Positions 38,713 through 48,464 of a stretch of 64,000 bases of DNA are shown piece by piece. The stretch spans positions 691 to 64,690 of the forward strand of contig JBAZMT010000004.1 in assembly GCA_041649615.1 (NCBI GenBank), given 5' to 3'. The translations under genes and the position numbers were made by a program. Source of the DNA: Parcubacteria group bacterium. Lineage in GTDB: Bacteria; Patescibacteriota; Minisyncoccia; UBA6257; Colwellbacteraceae. Position 1 is the first letter of the stretch. Each line of letters begins with the position of its first letter. Below the pieces are notes generated by a model. That model was given only the letters and a program-made list of their open reading frames with translations, did not search any database and was not told the origin of the DNA.

Positions 38713-40017
38713 TTACCAAGTGATAGGACCGGTCGCTTTCTCCACTTCTTCTAAGCTCGTAATGCCTGAAAGAGCTTTAATTATCCCGTCTTGCTGCATA
38801 TTGGTAAATCCTTTGTCAAAGGCAAGTTTTTCAATTTCCGCCTCGCTCGATTCTCTGTGTATGAGCAATTCAAGGTCTTTATCCATTTCCAATATCTCAA
38901 AGATACCGATTCGGCCCCTATATCCGTCTACGCAAGACGGGCAGCCCACGGGCTCATAAAGGGTGATATCCGTGGGTAAAGACACATTTTTAGAAAGCTT
39001 GTTCGTAAATTCTTTTATTTTGGCGTTATTCTCCTCGTTTAGTTCCGCTTTTTTACGGCATTTTTCGCATAATTTGCGGACTAGACGCTGGGCAATGAAT
39101 ACGTTTACGGCCGGTCCGATAATTTGCGGTTTAACTTCAAGATCCAAGAGACGAGGGACGGCTCCGGCGGCAGTATTGGTGTGAAGGGTAGAGAAGACAA
39201 CGTGCCCCGTAAGAGCCGCTTGCATGGCGATATCGGCCGTTTCGGGATCTCTTATTTCTCCGACTAGAATTACGTCCGGATCTTGACGGAGAATGGACTT
39301 AAGTCCGCTTCCGAAATTGTATCCGGCGGACGGGTCTACCTGCGTCTGTTGAATGCCTGTCAGGTGATATTCTATCGGGTCTTCTATCGTGATTATCTTG
39401 ATTTCCGGAGAATTAATATGGTTTACAAAGGCGTAAAGAGTAGTGGTTTTTCCTGAACCCGTGGGGCCGGTTACGAGAATCATGCCGTTTGGTCTCTTAA
39501 GGCCGCGTTCAACTTTTATAAGATCGTCCTCGCGCAGACCGATGTCTTTAACCTCCAAAATAACCGCTTCAGGGTCTAAAATCCTCAAAACGATGGTTGC
39601 ACCGTATTCCGAAGGATTAATGGAAACACGGACTTCAATATCTCTCTTATTTTCGCGGCTTCGGATGGTAAAACGTCCGTCTTGGGCAGATTCCTGAATA
39701 TTAATCTTTACTCCTCCCAAGAGCTTTATCCTGCTTAAAATAAATCCGTATTCTTCAGTTGAAAGATTTCCCGATTCCCGCAAAACGCCGTCCAGTCGGA
39801 CTCTTATCTTTACACTGTCCCGCGCAGGCTCAAAATGAATGTCTGAAGCGCTAAGACCGAGCGCGCCGCCCAGTATTTCCTCAAGTAAAACGCTTGTTGA
39901 CGCTTTTCCCGCCGACGAAGAGGAAAGTTTGTCCATAAGCTCTTTCGGAGAAGAGATGGCGAGCTTGCTTACAGAGACTTCATTTAGCTTTTCATTCGTA
40001 TCTTTCGCGTCGTCCAT
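38713..40017 (-). CDS. GspE/PilB family type IV pilus assembly ATPase
   Basis: ASDIHFEP, GPTGSGKTTTLY, TIEDPIEY, LRQDPDVILVGEIRD, tetracysteine motif. Confidence 0.93.
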   Translation of the reverse strand: MDDAKDTNEKLNEVSVSKLAISSPKELMDKLSSSSAGKASTSVLLEEILGGALGLSASDIHFEPARDSVKIRVRLDGVLRESGNLSTEEYGFILSRIKLLGGVKINIQESAQDGRFTIRSRENKRDIEVRVSINPSEYGATIVLRILDPEAVILEVKDIGLREDDLIKVERGLKRPNGMILVTGPTGSGKTTTLYAFVNHINSPEIKIITIEDPIEYHLTGIQQTQVDPSAGYNFGSGLKSILRQDPDVILVGEIRDPETADIAMQAALTGHVVFSTLHTNTAAGAVPRLLDLEVKPQIIGPAVNVFIAQRLVRKLCEKCRKKAELNEENNAKIKEFTNKLSKNVSLPTDITLYEPVGCPSCVDGYRGRIGIFEILEMDKDLELLIHRESSEAEIEKLAFDKGFTNMQQDGIIKALSGITSLEEVEKATGPITW

Positions 40018-40040
40018 AACTAATATAATAATATAGGCAA

Positions 40041-40571
40041 ATGTCAGGACACAGTAAATGGTCTCAAATAAAACATAAGAAAGCTTTAACCGATGAAAAG
40101 CGCGGGAAACTTTTCACCAAGTTGCTTATGGCCGTGCAAACGGCGGCAAAGGATGATCCAAATCCGGATTTCAATCCGCGTCTTCGGACGGCAGTTTTGA
40201 AAGCGAAGGAAGGAAACGTGCCCCAAGAAAACATAGAAAGAGCCATTAGCCGGGCAAAAGATTCGGTATCCGAAGACCTTCTGATTGAAGCTTACGGTCC
40301 TTCGGGGGTCGCGCTCATAATAAAAGCCCTAACGGATAGCCGGAACAGAACGGTAGCGGAGATTAAAAAATTACTCGCGGATAACAACGCCAAATTCGCC
40401 GAACAGGGTTCCGTAAGATGGGCCTTTAATCAGGATGAAGAAGGGAATTTTGTTCCCCAATTCAGACAGTCCGTTTCGGAGACGGATAAAGAAAAGGTCG
40501 GAGCGTTAGTGGATGAACTTCAAGAAAGAGACGACGTGATGGAAATATACACCAATGCCGAAACCGAATAA
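40041..40571 (+). CDS. yebC: YebC/PmpR family protein (short form)
   Basis: MSGHSKWSQIKHKKA, EAYGPSGVA, TDSRNRT. Confidence 0.93.
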   Translation: MSGHSKWSQIKHKKALTDEKRGKLFTKLLMAVQTAAKDDPNPDFNPRLRTAVLKAKEGNVPQENIERAISRAKDSVSEDLLIEAYGPSGVALIIKALTDSRNRTVAEIKKLLADNNAKFAEQGSVRWAFNQDEEGNFVPQFRQSVSETDKEKVGALVDELQERDDVMEIYTNAETE

Positions 40572-41049
40572 TCCCCGAGTGTATCTTGGTATTGATCCGG
40601 GAACTCATCGCGTGGGATACGGAGCGATAAGGGCTGAAAACGGAAAGTTTTCCCTGATAGAGCAGGGAATTATTGAAAAAAAAGAAAAAGGATACGCCGC
40701 GGGCCAGTTGTCTTTCATTTACAGGGAAATTTTATCGCTTATAAAGAAATTACGCCCTGATGAAGTGGCGGTTGAGAAATTGTTCTTTTCAAAAAACCAA
40801 ACGACCGCCATGGCGGTCGCGGAAGCGAGAGGAGTGATTCTTCTCGCCGCGGCGGAGAATTCGCTTCCGATTAGGGAGTTCACGCCAAACACGGTTAAGC
40901 AATCGGTCTCCGGTTACGGATCGGCCGATAAAAAAGCGGTGCTAAAAATGATTACGCTGATCTTGGGACTCAAAGATTTCCGTCCGATTGACGACGCTTC
41001 GGACGCCTTGGCGATCGCCATTACGGCGGCTCTAATCACTGATAGATAA
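40555..41049 (+). CDS. ruvC: Crossover junction endodeoxyribonuclease RuvC
   Basis: LGIDPG, AVEKLFF, ARGV, DDASDALAIA. Confidence 0.95.
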   Translation: MPKPNNPRVYLGIDPGTHRVGYGAIRAENGKFSLIEQGIIEKKEKGYAAGQLSFIYREILSLIKKLRPDEVAVEKLFFSKNQTTAMAVAEARGVILLAAAENSLPIREFTPNTVKQSVSGYGSADKKAVLKMITLILGLKDFRPIDDASDALAIAITAALITDR

Positions 41050-41128
41050 AACTCTTGACCTGAAATTTTTTTATGATACTCTTTCCCCAGTAGATAATTA
41101 AAAGGTCGGCAAAAAACGCTAATTAATA

Positions 41129-41317
41129 ATGAACTCCGAAGAAAATTGGGACGAAGAATCGGGCGACAGCGATTACAATGAGCTCGGTTCGCTTGATGAT
41201 GGTTTTTCCGTAAAAGAACACGAAGACGAGGATGAACTTGGCGATGAAGGGGACGGGGAGAAAGAAGGGGATGACGATCTCCTAAAAAATCAAGACGAGG
41301 AAGAAGAGAATTTTTAA
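41129..41317 (+). CDS. Very acidic 62-aa protein
   Basis: About half Asp/Glu; upstream TTGACC..GATACT promoter-like pair and downstream hairpin (41343-41369). Confidence 0.6.
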   Translation: MNSEENWDEESGDSDYNELGSLDDGFSVKEHEDEDELGDEGDGEKEGDDDLLKNQDEEEENF

Positions 41318-41384
41318 TTAAAGCGCGAGAGCCAAATATTTTCGCCCCGTACCGGACAGTGCGGGGCGATGTATAATTATATTC

Positions 41385-43820
41385 GTGAAAAGAAAAATAC
41401 CGATAAAGAAAATTTTAATCTGGATCGCAGGAGCGATCGGAACCGCAGCCGTAATCGGAGTTTTGGGTTATGTTTATTTAAGCAGAAACTTGCCGACCGT
41501 GGGGGAAATAGTCACTCACGAGCTTACGGAATCAACCAAAATTTTTGATCGAACGGGAGAAACCTTGCTTTATGAAATACACGGGGAAGAAAGGAGAACT
41601 TATCTTCCGCCCGAAGAGATTCCGGACGTGTTGAGGCAAGCGACCGTTGCCGTTGAAGACAGCGGATTTTACGAGCACGCCGCTTTTGATTTTCGGGGCA
41701 CTTTAAGAGCGCTTTGGGTAGACATCGTCAAGGGTTACCGAGCGCAGGGAGGATCAACCATAACCCAGCAAGTGGCCAAAAACTCATTTCTGACGCCCGA
41801 AAAATCGTTAGTACGTAAGATTAAAGAACTTATTTTAGCCTTTAGGCTGGAAAAAGTGTACACGAAAGACGAAATACTTAATCTTTATTTGAATCAGGTT
41901 CCTTACGGGCAAAACGCTTACGGCGTAGAAGCCGCTTCGCAGACGTATTTCGGGAAATCGGCAAAAGAATTGAATCTCGCCGAGGCGGCGATGCTCGCCG
42001 CTATTCCGCAAGCTCCCAGTTATTATTCTCCCTGGGGATCGCACACCATAGAACTCGAAGAAAGAAGAAAGTACGTTCTCTCCCAAATGAGAAACTTGGG
42101 GATGATTGATGAGCAGCAATACGATTTCGCCATTCAAAACAAACCCGTGGTGATGGAACAGCCCAAAACCGCTTCTTTCGCTCTCGCTCCCCATTTCGTG
42201 ATGGAGGTACAGGAATATTTAAACAACAAGTACGGAGAGGATTTCGTTTCCAAGGCGGGGCTTAAAGTAATCACCACTCTTGACGCGGATCTCCAAAAAC
42301 TGGCGAATACCGCCGTGGAGGAAGGAGGGGACAGAAATACCGAGCTCTACTCCGGACATAATGCCGCTTTGATAGCGATGGACCCCAAGACCGGCCAGGT
42401 ATTGGCACTCGTGGGTTCAAAAAATTATTTTGATCCGCCGGAGCCCGAAGGGTGCACCGAAGGCTCGACTTGCCGATTTGAAGGAAATTTTGACGTAATA
42501 ACCCAAGGGTTGCGACAACCGGGATCTTCGTTCAAGCCGTTCGCTTACATGGAAGCTTTCATAAAAGGATTTACGCCGGACACTATTTTATTTGACGTTC
42601 CTACCGAGTTCTCTACCAATCCGGTTTGCCCTTCAACGCCGGATTACAACGACGAAAGAACTCAGTGTTATCACCCGCAAAACTTTGATCACATATTCCG
42701 CGGACCGATAACCATGAAAGAAAGTTTAGCGCAATCAATAAACTTAACCGCGGTTAAAACTTTATATCTTGCGGGTTTCAATGACACGATAAATCTCGCG
42801 GAAAAGTTCGGAATAACAAGCTTCTCGGACAGGAGCCGGCTCGGTTTATCTCTCGTCTTGGGAGGAGGGGAGGTACATCCGATAGAACTCGCGCAGGCGT
42901 ATTCGGTTATTGCAAACGACGGCGTAGGAAATCCCTACACTTTTATTCTTGAAGTGAAAGATAACAACGGGAAAACGCTTGAGGAATATAAGGACCATTC
43001 CGAGAGGTTAGTGGAAGCCAATTACACGCGTCTTATAAGCGACGTTCTCTCCGACAGGGATTTAAGAGCACCTCTTTATCAATCAAGCCTTAATTTAACG
43101 GGGGTTCCGGGTTATCAGATAGCGATGAAAACCGGAACGACCAATAACTACGTTGACGCTTGGACGTTCGGATACACTCCAAATCTCGTGGTGGGCGTAT
43201 GGGCGGGAAACAATAACCGTTATCCATTGCAACAGCGGGGATCAAGTATTCTTGCCGCCGTACCCATGTGGCATGATTTCATCTCGGGGGCCGTAAAATT
43301 AAGACCGAACGAACCTTTTCCAAAGCCGGAGCCGCAAGGAACGACTATTCCCGTTTTAAGAGGAGAATTAGACAGAGAAAATCCGCACAACATTCTTTTT
43401 TACCTGAATAGACTGACCGATCCGCAGTATTTAAATTGGGAAACAGGGGTTCAAAATTGGCTCCGAAATAACGTTTTGCCGGACGTATCAACGCCCACGT
43501 ATTCATACGCGGAAGGAGAAGAACCGTCCGTAACGAGTGGAAACGGTCCCAAAATAGAGTTCTTGGGCGTTAAGAACGGAGACTTTATAACGAATGATTT
43601 AGATCTAGAGCTAAAATTGACTTCCAATGTTAATGTCGCCCAGATTGAGGTTTACATAAACGACCAACTTCGTGACATAATCGTCGGCGGTATGGGAAAC
43701 ACGGTTAATTACCAAAAAGTTTTTTCCGAAGACGAGCTTAAAAGCCAAAATAAAATCACTTTAAAAGCCACTGATTCCGTCGGGGTGGTGAGTGAGGCGG
43801 GGATAATCGTTTATAAGTAA
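41385..43820 (+). CDS. Class A penicillin-binding protein (transglycosylase/transpeptidase) with C-terminal Ig-like domain
   Basis: EDSGFYEH, QGGSTITQQ, RKIKE, GSSFK (SxxK), SIN, KTGT. Confidence 0.95.
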   Translation: MKRKIPIKKILIWIAGAIGTAAVIGVLGYVYLSRNLPTVGEIVTHELTESTKIFDRTGETLLYEIHGEERRTYLPPEEIPDVLRQATVAVEDSGFYEHAAFDFRGTLRALWVDIVKGYRAQGGSTITQQVAKNSFLTPEKSLVRKIKELILAFRLEKVYTKDEILNLYLNQVPYGQNAYGVEAASQTYFGKSAKELNLAEAAMLAAIPQAPSYYSPWGSHTIELEERRKYVLSQMRNLGMIDEQQYDFAIQNKPVVMEQPKTASFALAPHFVMEVQEYLNNKYGEDFVSKAGLKVITTLDADLQKLANTAVEEGGDRNTELYSGHNAALIAMDPKTGQVLALVGSKNYFDPPEPEGCTEGSTCRFEGNFDVITQGLRQPGSSFKPFAYMEAFIKGFTPDTILFDVPTEFSTNPVCPSTPDYNDERTQCYHPQNFDHIFRGPITMKESLAQSINLTAVKTLYLAGFNDTINLAEKFGITSFSDRSRLGLSLVLGGGEVHPIELAQAYSVIANDGVGNPYTFILEVKDNNGKTLEEYKDHSERLVEANYTRLISDVLSDRDLRAPLYQSSLNLTGVPGYQIAMKTGTTNNYVDAWTFGYTPNLVVGVWAGNNNRYPLQQRGSSILAAVPMWHDFISGAVKLRPNEPFPKPEPQGTTIPVLRGELDRENPHNILFYLNRLTDPQYLNWETGVQNWLRNNVLPDVSTPTYSYAEGEEPSVTSGNGPKIEFLGVKNGDFITNDLDLELKLTSNVNVAQIEVYINDQLRDIIVGGMGNTVNYQKVFSEDELKSQNKITLKATDSVGVVSEAGIIVYK

Positions 43821-43846
43821 AATCGCCCTTTTAAGGGGGCGATTTG
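43819..43846. terminator. Bidirectional terminator between the PBP gene and dnaN
   Basis: AAATCGCCCTT-TTAA-GGGGGCGATTT. Confidence 0.7.
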
Positions 43847-43864
43847 TTCGGTTAAAAGGTATTC

Positions 43865-44974
43865 CTAATCTTTAATAGGCATCACGATATAGATATAGGA
43901 ATTATCTTGAGGCCATTTGATGATTGACGGTTTAACGTCTCCCTGAAAACCCATATTTACCGTTTCGGAACTTATATTCTTCAGTCCGTCAAGCATAAAG
44001 CGCCAATTAAAAGACACGTTTAGCGGTTCACCTGTGATTTTGGCGGGAATCAAGTATTTATTTTCTCCAAGAAGACTGTCGGCGGAGTATACTTCGGTCA
44101 GTTTTTGATCGGATATTATTCTTAAAACCACTTCGTTATTTTTGGGACTAAACGAACTGACTAGTTTCAGAGCTCCAGTCAGTTCCGATCGGCTCACTTC
44201 AATATTTGTGCTCACGTTTTTAGGAATAATAGGAGCGTATTCCGGGAATTTACCGTCTATAATCCTTGTAATAAGCGTAATGTCCTCGTTTTTAACCATC
44301 AGCTGATTTTCATCGGAATAAATTTTAATCGTTTCTTTGTCGTTTATCACTCTAACCATTTCTTGAGCCGGTTTAAGAGGGATTATCATCTTAAACCCTC
44401 TTTCAAAATTATTGGTGAAGTCGGAACCATAGAGCGTTTTTTCAGCCAATCGGAAACTGTCCGTGGCTACAAATTTAATGGTTTCACCGTCAATATCCCA
44501 CATTATTCCGCTTATCTCCGGTCTTAATTCCGAAATTTGAGCCGCGCTCATAACGGAAAGAAGACTTTCTTTTAAAATATCTCCTTTTATTTCAATAAAT
44601 TCGTCTTTTACGCCAACTTTCGGAATTATCGGAAATTCCTCGTAATTCATTCCTTGTATTTTGGCTTCGTAACTATCCGTTTTAATAAGGATATTTATGT
44701 CCTTGTTTTCAATATCAATCCGCTCGCTTTGAATGTTATTTATAACATTGTTAAAAACGGTAAAAGGAATTGTTATTTGGCCTTCTTCGGTTATTTTACC
44801 GGCCACGGTTTTAATTATGGCCGTTTCCAGGTCGGTTGAAATTATATTTATTTTTCCATTTTCGGTTTTAATAAGGATGTTTTTAAGAATGGGCAGAGTA
44901 GTATTCTCTCCCACTATTCTTGAAACGGCGTCTAAGGAATTTTTCAGATTGTTTTTTAATACAGTTATCTTCAT
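43865..44974 (-). CDS. dnaN: DNA polymerase III beta clamp
   Basis: TLPILKNIL, STDLE, VATDSFRLA, IDGKFPEY, IVMPI. Confidence 0.97.
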   Translation of the reverse strand: MKITVLKNNLKNSLDAVSRIVGENTTLPILKNILIKTENGKINIISTDLETAIIKTVAGKITEEGQITIPFTVFNNVINNIQSERIDIENKDINILIKTDSYEAKIQGMNYEEFPIIPKVGVKDEFIEIKGDILKESLLSVMSAAQISELRPEISGIMWDIDGETIKFVATDSFRLAEKTLYGSDFTNNFERGFKMIIPLKPAQEMVRVINDKETIKIYSDENQLMVKNEDITLITRIIDGKFPEYAPIIPKNVSTNIEVSRSELTGALKLVSSFSPKNNEVVLRIISDQKLTEVYSADSLLGENKYLIPAKITGEPLNVSFNWRFMLDGLKNISSETVNMGFQGDVKPSIIKWPQDNSYIYIVMPIKD

Positions 44975-45176
44975 TGAATTAATTAATAAATAAATATAAT
45001 TTGTTGTAATAGTAGTATCTGTAAGAAAGTGGAAAAGTTAATTTTTACATTACGCAATCTATTTAATGGTTGATGGGAATTAATTTTAAGATGTGATTAA
45101 TTTTGTGGAAATGTAACGGAATTTAGCAGGGGAAGCATTAGGCGCGTAATTTATACAGAATTAATTCACATGGTTT
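44975..45176. other. Probable oriC unwinding region (dnaA-dnaN intergenic)
   Basis: Very AT-rich 44975-45005, TAATAGTAGTAT trinucleotide run, degenerate DnaA boxes (AGTGGAAAA, TGTGGAAAT, TAATTCACA). Confidence 0.7.
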
Positions 45177-46523
45177 TCAGGATTTATTAACCAATTCTTT
45201 TATCATAATCAGTTTTTGATTAAAGGCAGGATTTTCGTTTAAAGAGTGGGTTATTTTATCAAAAGCGTATATGGCCGTGGTGTGATCTCTTTTACCCATT
45301 TTCTCGGCAATAAACGGGTAGGACATATTTAACATCTCGCGAAGAAGATACATGGCCACTTGTCTCGGTTCAACGATTTCTTTTTTACGGCCGCGGCCAA
45401 TTAAGTCGGTCGTGGAAATTTCATAGAACTCGGCCACGGCCTTAATAATCTGGGAGTGGGTGATATTCACGGCCGATTGTTCCAATATCTCATTCATTAT
45501 TTTTTCGGCGATCATCAGATCAAAAGAACTGCCGTGATTTTTATGGAAAACGAGCTTATTAATTATCCCTTCAAGTTCTCTTATATTTCGCTGAACTTTA
45601 TCGGCCACGAAATTAACCACTTCATCGTCTAAATGTTCTTTTTTATCCTGAAGTTTAACTTTTATTATCGCCACTCTCGTTTCAAAATCGGGAAAACCGA
45701 TATCAACCGTCATTCCGCCTTCAAAACGGGACTTTAATCGTTCTTCAAGAATAGGTATCGCGCGCGGAGGACGATCGGAAGAAATGATTATCTGTTTGTT
45801 GTTTTCATGAAGAGCGTTAAAAGTGTGGAAGAACTCTTCTTCCGTCTTTTCTTTGCCGCCGATAAACTGAATGTCATCAATGATAAGGACGTCAATGTTC
45901 CGATAAGTGTTTTTAATGTCTTCAACTCTCTTGTTTCTGATAGCCCAAATGACATCATTGGTGAATTTTTCGGAGGAAACGTACTTAACTTTGAATTTTC
46001 CTTTATATTTTTTGTGTATTTCGTTGCCTATAGCCTGGATAAAATGGGTTTTTCCGAGTCCCGTACCGCCATATATGAATAAAGGATTATATTTATTACC
46101 GATTTCCTCAATTATTGACGTTCCGGCCGCATAAGCGAGCTCGTTTGAGGAACCCACGACGAAAGTTTTGAGGTTATATTTTGGGTTTAACCCGGACTCT
46201 GGATCGGCTTTGAATTCATTGAAGGCAAGCTGCTTCGTTTCTTCGGCGGGTCTTACGGATTCGCTCTTCTTTAAGACGGCGCCATCCACAATGTAAGTTA
46301 TTTTTCTAATGGAACTGTCTTCAGTTCTCAAAATACCGAGGATTACTTTCCCGTATTTGGCTTCAACCCATTCTTTGGCGAAGTGATTCGGTAACGCCAC
46401 GATCGCATCGCCATCTTTATTGTTGACGAGTCGGCTGTTCTTAAGCCAGGTCAGAAAATTAGGTCTTGATATCTGTAATTCCAGCTCGCCTAATGATCTA
46501 TCCCAAAGCTCATCAACGTTCAT
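45177..46523 (-). CDS. dnaA: Chromosomal replication initiator DnaA
   Basis: YNPLFIYGGTGLGKTH, IDDIQF, SRFEGG, NIRELEG, RDHTT. Confidence 0.98.
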   Translation of the reverse strand: MNVDELWDRSLGELELQISRPNFLTWLKNSRLVNNKDGDAIVALPNHFAKEWVEAKYGKVILGILRTEDSSIRKITYIVDGAVLKKSESVRPAEETKQLAFNEFKADPESGLNPKYNLKTFVVGSSNELAYAAGTSIIEEIGNKYNPLFIYGGTGLGKTHFIQAIGNEIHKKYKGKFKVKYVSSEKFTNDVIWAIRNKRVEDIKNTYRNIDVLIIDDIQFIGGKEKTEEEFFHTFNALHENNKQIIISSDRPPRAIPILEERLKSRFEGGMTVDIGFPDFETRVAIIKVKLQDKKEHLDDEVVNFVADKVQRNIRELEGIINKLVFHKNHGSSFDLMIAEKIMNEILEQSAVNITHSQIIKAVAEFYEISTTDLIGRGRKKEIVEPRQVAMYLLREMLNMSYPFIAEKMGKRDHTTAIYAFDKITHSLNENPAFNQKLIMIKELVNKS

Positions 46524-46687
46524 AGATGTAATTTTATTTAAGCGTTACCGAAGCGTCAAAATACCGGAATGCGCCATTGAAAAAATTTTAAATTTGTAAT
46601 CAAGACGTTTATAAACAAAGTTTGTCCGGAAACGGAGCAAAGAGAGGATTATCTGATAAAAACCGGATTGGCTGAAATTCCAGCCAC

Positions 46688-46707
46688 TGTGGATAACTTG
46701 TGGATTA
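46688..46707. promoter_or_regulatory. DnaA boxes upstream of dnaA
   Basis: TGTGGATAA (46688-46696, consensus) and TGTGGATTA (46699-46707). Confidence 0.8.
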
Positions 46708-46789
46708 AGGGTAATTTCTGTTGACAAAAAGACTCAAATGTACCGAAAAATCATTGACTAAACCTTGAAAATTACTTATTTTAAGCCTC

Positions 46790-46924
46790 ATGAAACCGAC
46801 TTATAACCCTAAAAAGAAGAAAAGAGCGAGAACGCACGGTTTTCTAAAGAGGCAGTCAACTAGGGGAGGGAAAAGAACGATCGCGAGAAGAAGAGCTAAA
46901 GGCAGAAAAAGACTCTCCGTCTAG
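46790..46924 (+). CDS. rpmH: 50S ribosomal protein L34 (not in the ORF track)
   Basis: Translated by hand: [44 protein letters not shown]. Confidence 0.96.
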   Translation: MKPTYNPKKKKRARTHGFLKRQSTRGGKRTIARRRAKGRKRLSV

Positions 46925-46930
46925 ACAGAA

Positions 46931-47263
46931 ATGATCAGTGCCAGGTACAAATTGAACATTTCCCTGGCTTTAAGAGATTTTAAAGCCTTTTATAAGGGCA
47001 AATTCTTCTCGGTTAAGCGAAAAGAGAATGGTCTAAAGGTATCGCGCGTAGGAGTGGTTATTTCCAAGAAATTTTCGCGATCCGCCGTTAAGAGAAACAA
47101 AATCAGAAGATCAATATTTCGGTTTTTTCAGGAGAACAAAACGTTTCTTCTACGTTTTAACCCGCCATCCGATTTTTTAGTGATTGTTTTGACTACTACT
47201 TCCGAGATAGAAGATAATAAGGAGATTCTCACAAAAGAATTAAAAAATGTCATATCTATTTAA
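46931..47263 (+). CDS. rnpA: Ribonuclease P protein component
   Basis: RVGVVISKK..SAVKRNKIRR; follows rpmH. Confidence 0.9.
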   Translation: MISARYKLNISLALRDFKAFYKGKFFSVKRKENGLKVSRVGVVISKKFSRSAVKRNKIRRSIFRFFQENKTFLLRFNPPSDFLVIVLTTTSEIEDNKEILTKELKNVISI

Positions 47264-47984
47264 TACTTTCTTGTATCAGCCGATAATCAACGTACTCGTG
47301 TTTCTTTACAATACCGTGGCTTTTCATGATCTAGGGGTCGCAATATTAATGCTTACGGTTTTAGTTCGTCTGATACTCGCGCCGTTATATCACAAGATGC
47401 TTCACCAGCAGGCGATGACCCAGAAAATGAGGCCGGAAATGATGAAGATACAGGAGGAATATAAAGGAGACAAAGAAAAGCAGACGCAGCTTTTGATGGA
47501 GCTTTATAAGAAGCACAAAGTAAATCCGTTCTTTTCTTTTATCGTTTTAATCATCCAATTACCCATTTTATGGGCGCTATTCAGAGCTTTTACGAACGGA
47601 CTGAACGGAGGGATTTCGGGTCTTTTGTATCCTTTTATAAGCGATCCGGGGACGTTTAATTCAGTGGCGTTCGGATTCATAAACTTAAACGAGAGAAACA
47701 TAGTACTGATAGTTTTGACGGCGATTGTTCAATTCGTTCAATCGTGGCTTTCGTCTCCGACAGTCAAAAAAGAAGCAGTTGATCCAAAGGCGCCGAAAGC
47801 AATGCCGATGCCTTCCGGGAAAGTAATGGGCGTGTTTTTGGCTCTTTTCACGGCGTTTGTCTTATGGAAATTGCCGGCGGCAGTTGCTATTTATTGGTTT
47901 ACGAGTACGCTATTTGCCATAGGACAGCAGTCTTTTTGCCTCCGACTAATCAAAAATGCAGAATCTAAAGGAAATAACAACTAA
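47247..47984 (+). CDS. yidC: Membrane protein insertase YidC (short form)
   Basis: LGVAILMLTVLVRLIL, MELYKKHKVNP, IQLPI, IYW. Confidence 0.93.
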   Translation: MSYLFNTFLYQPIINVLVFLYNTVAFHDLGVAILMLTVLVRLILAPLYHKMLHQQAMTQKMRPEMMKIQEEYKGDKEKQTQLLMELYKKHKVNPFFSFIVLIIQLPILWALFRAFTNGLNGGISGLLYPFISDPGTFNSVAFGFINLNERNIVLIVLTAIVQFVQSWLSSPTVKKEAVDPKAPKAMPMPSGKVMGVFLALFTAFVLWKLPAAVAIYWFTSTLFAIGQQSFCLRLIKNAESKGNNN

Positions 47985-48387
47985 ATTACTTTCTTTTTTT
48001 GGATTTAAAGAAGCAAGCGTAGAAATAGACGAAGAAAGAAAAAGGGTTTCCCTAAAAATTGACGATGAGGCGGTGAATGCCAAGAACATGCCGGCTCTTA
48101 TAGGATCGTTCAATAAGGTGCTTAAACTTATCGCCAAGAAATACGATGAAGGACCGATAACGGTTGACGTAAACAACCATCATCGGGAGAGAGAAAAACT
48201 CGTGGTGGAACTCGCGAAAGCGGGAGCAAAAAAAGCGGCAACCACTAAAAACGACGTCGTTCTACCGCCGATGAACGCATTTGAGAGACATTTAGTTCAC
48301 GAGGAACTTTCGGTAAGACCGGATCTCAAAACGGAAAGCGTGGGAGAAGGACAATCAAGAAGAGTAGTGATTAAATTTATTGGGTAA
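47956..48387 (+). CDS. jag: Jag/KhpB-like R3H RNA-binding protein
   Basis: VDVNNH, LPPMNAFERHLVHEEL, TESVGEGQSRRVVI; follows yidC. Confidence 0.85.
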   Translation: MQNLKEITTKLLSFFGFKEASVEIDEERKRVSLKIDDEAVNAKNMPALIGSFNKVLKLIAKKYDEGPITVDVNNHHREREKLVVELAKAGAKKAATTKNDVVLPPMNAFERHLVHEELSVRPDLKTESVGEGQSRRVVIKFIG

Positions 48388-48464
48388 GTTCTAAATAATA
48401 GTTATCAGTTGTCACCGTCTCCACTAGAGCCTGACTTTTTTGATTGGAGAGAAAAAGAAGAAAC

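Noticed and set aside
38600-38959. ORF 38600..38959 as the product of the promoter at 38515
   Set aside because: It has a TTG start inside a strong RNA structure, runs through the U-tract, lies antisense to the pilus ATPase and has no protein features.
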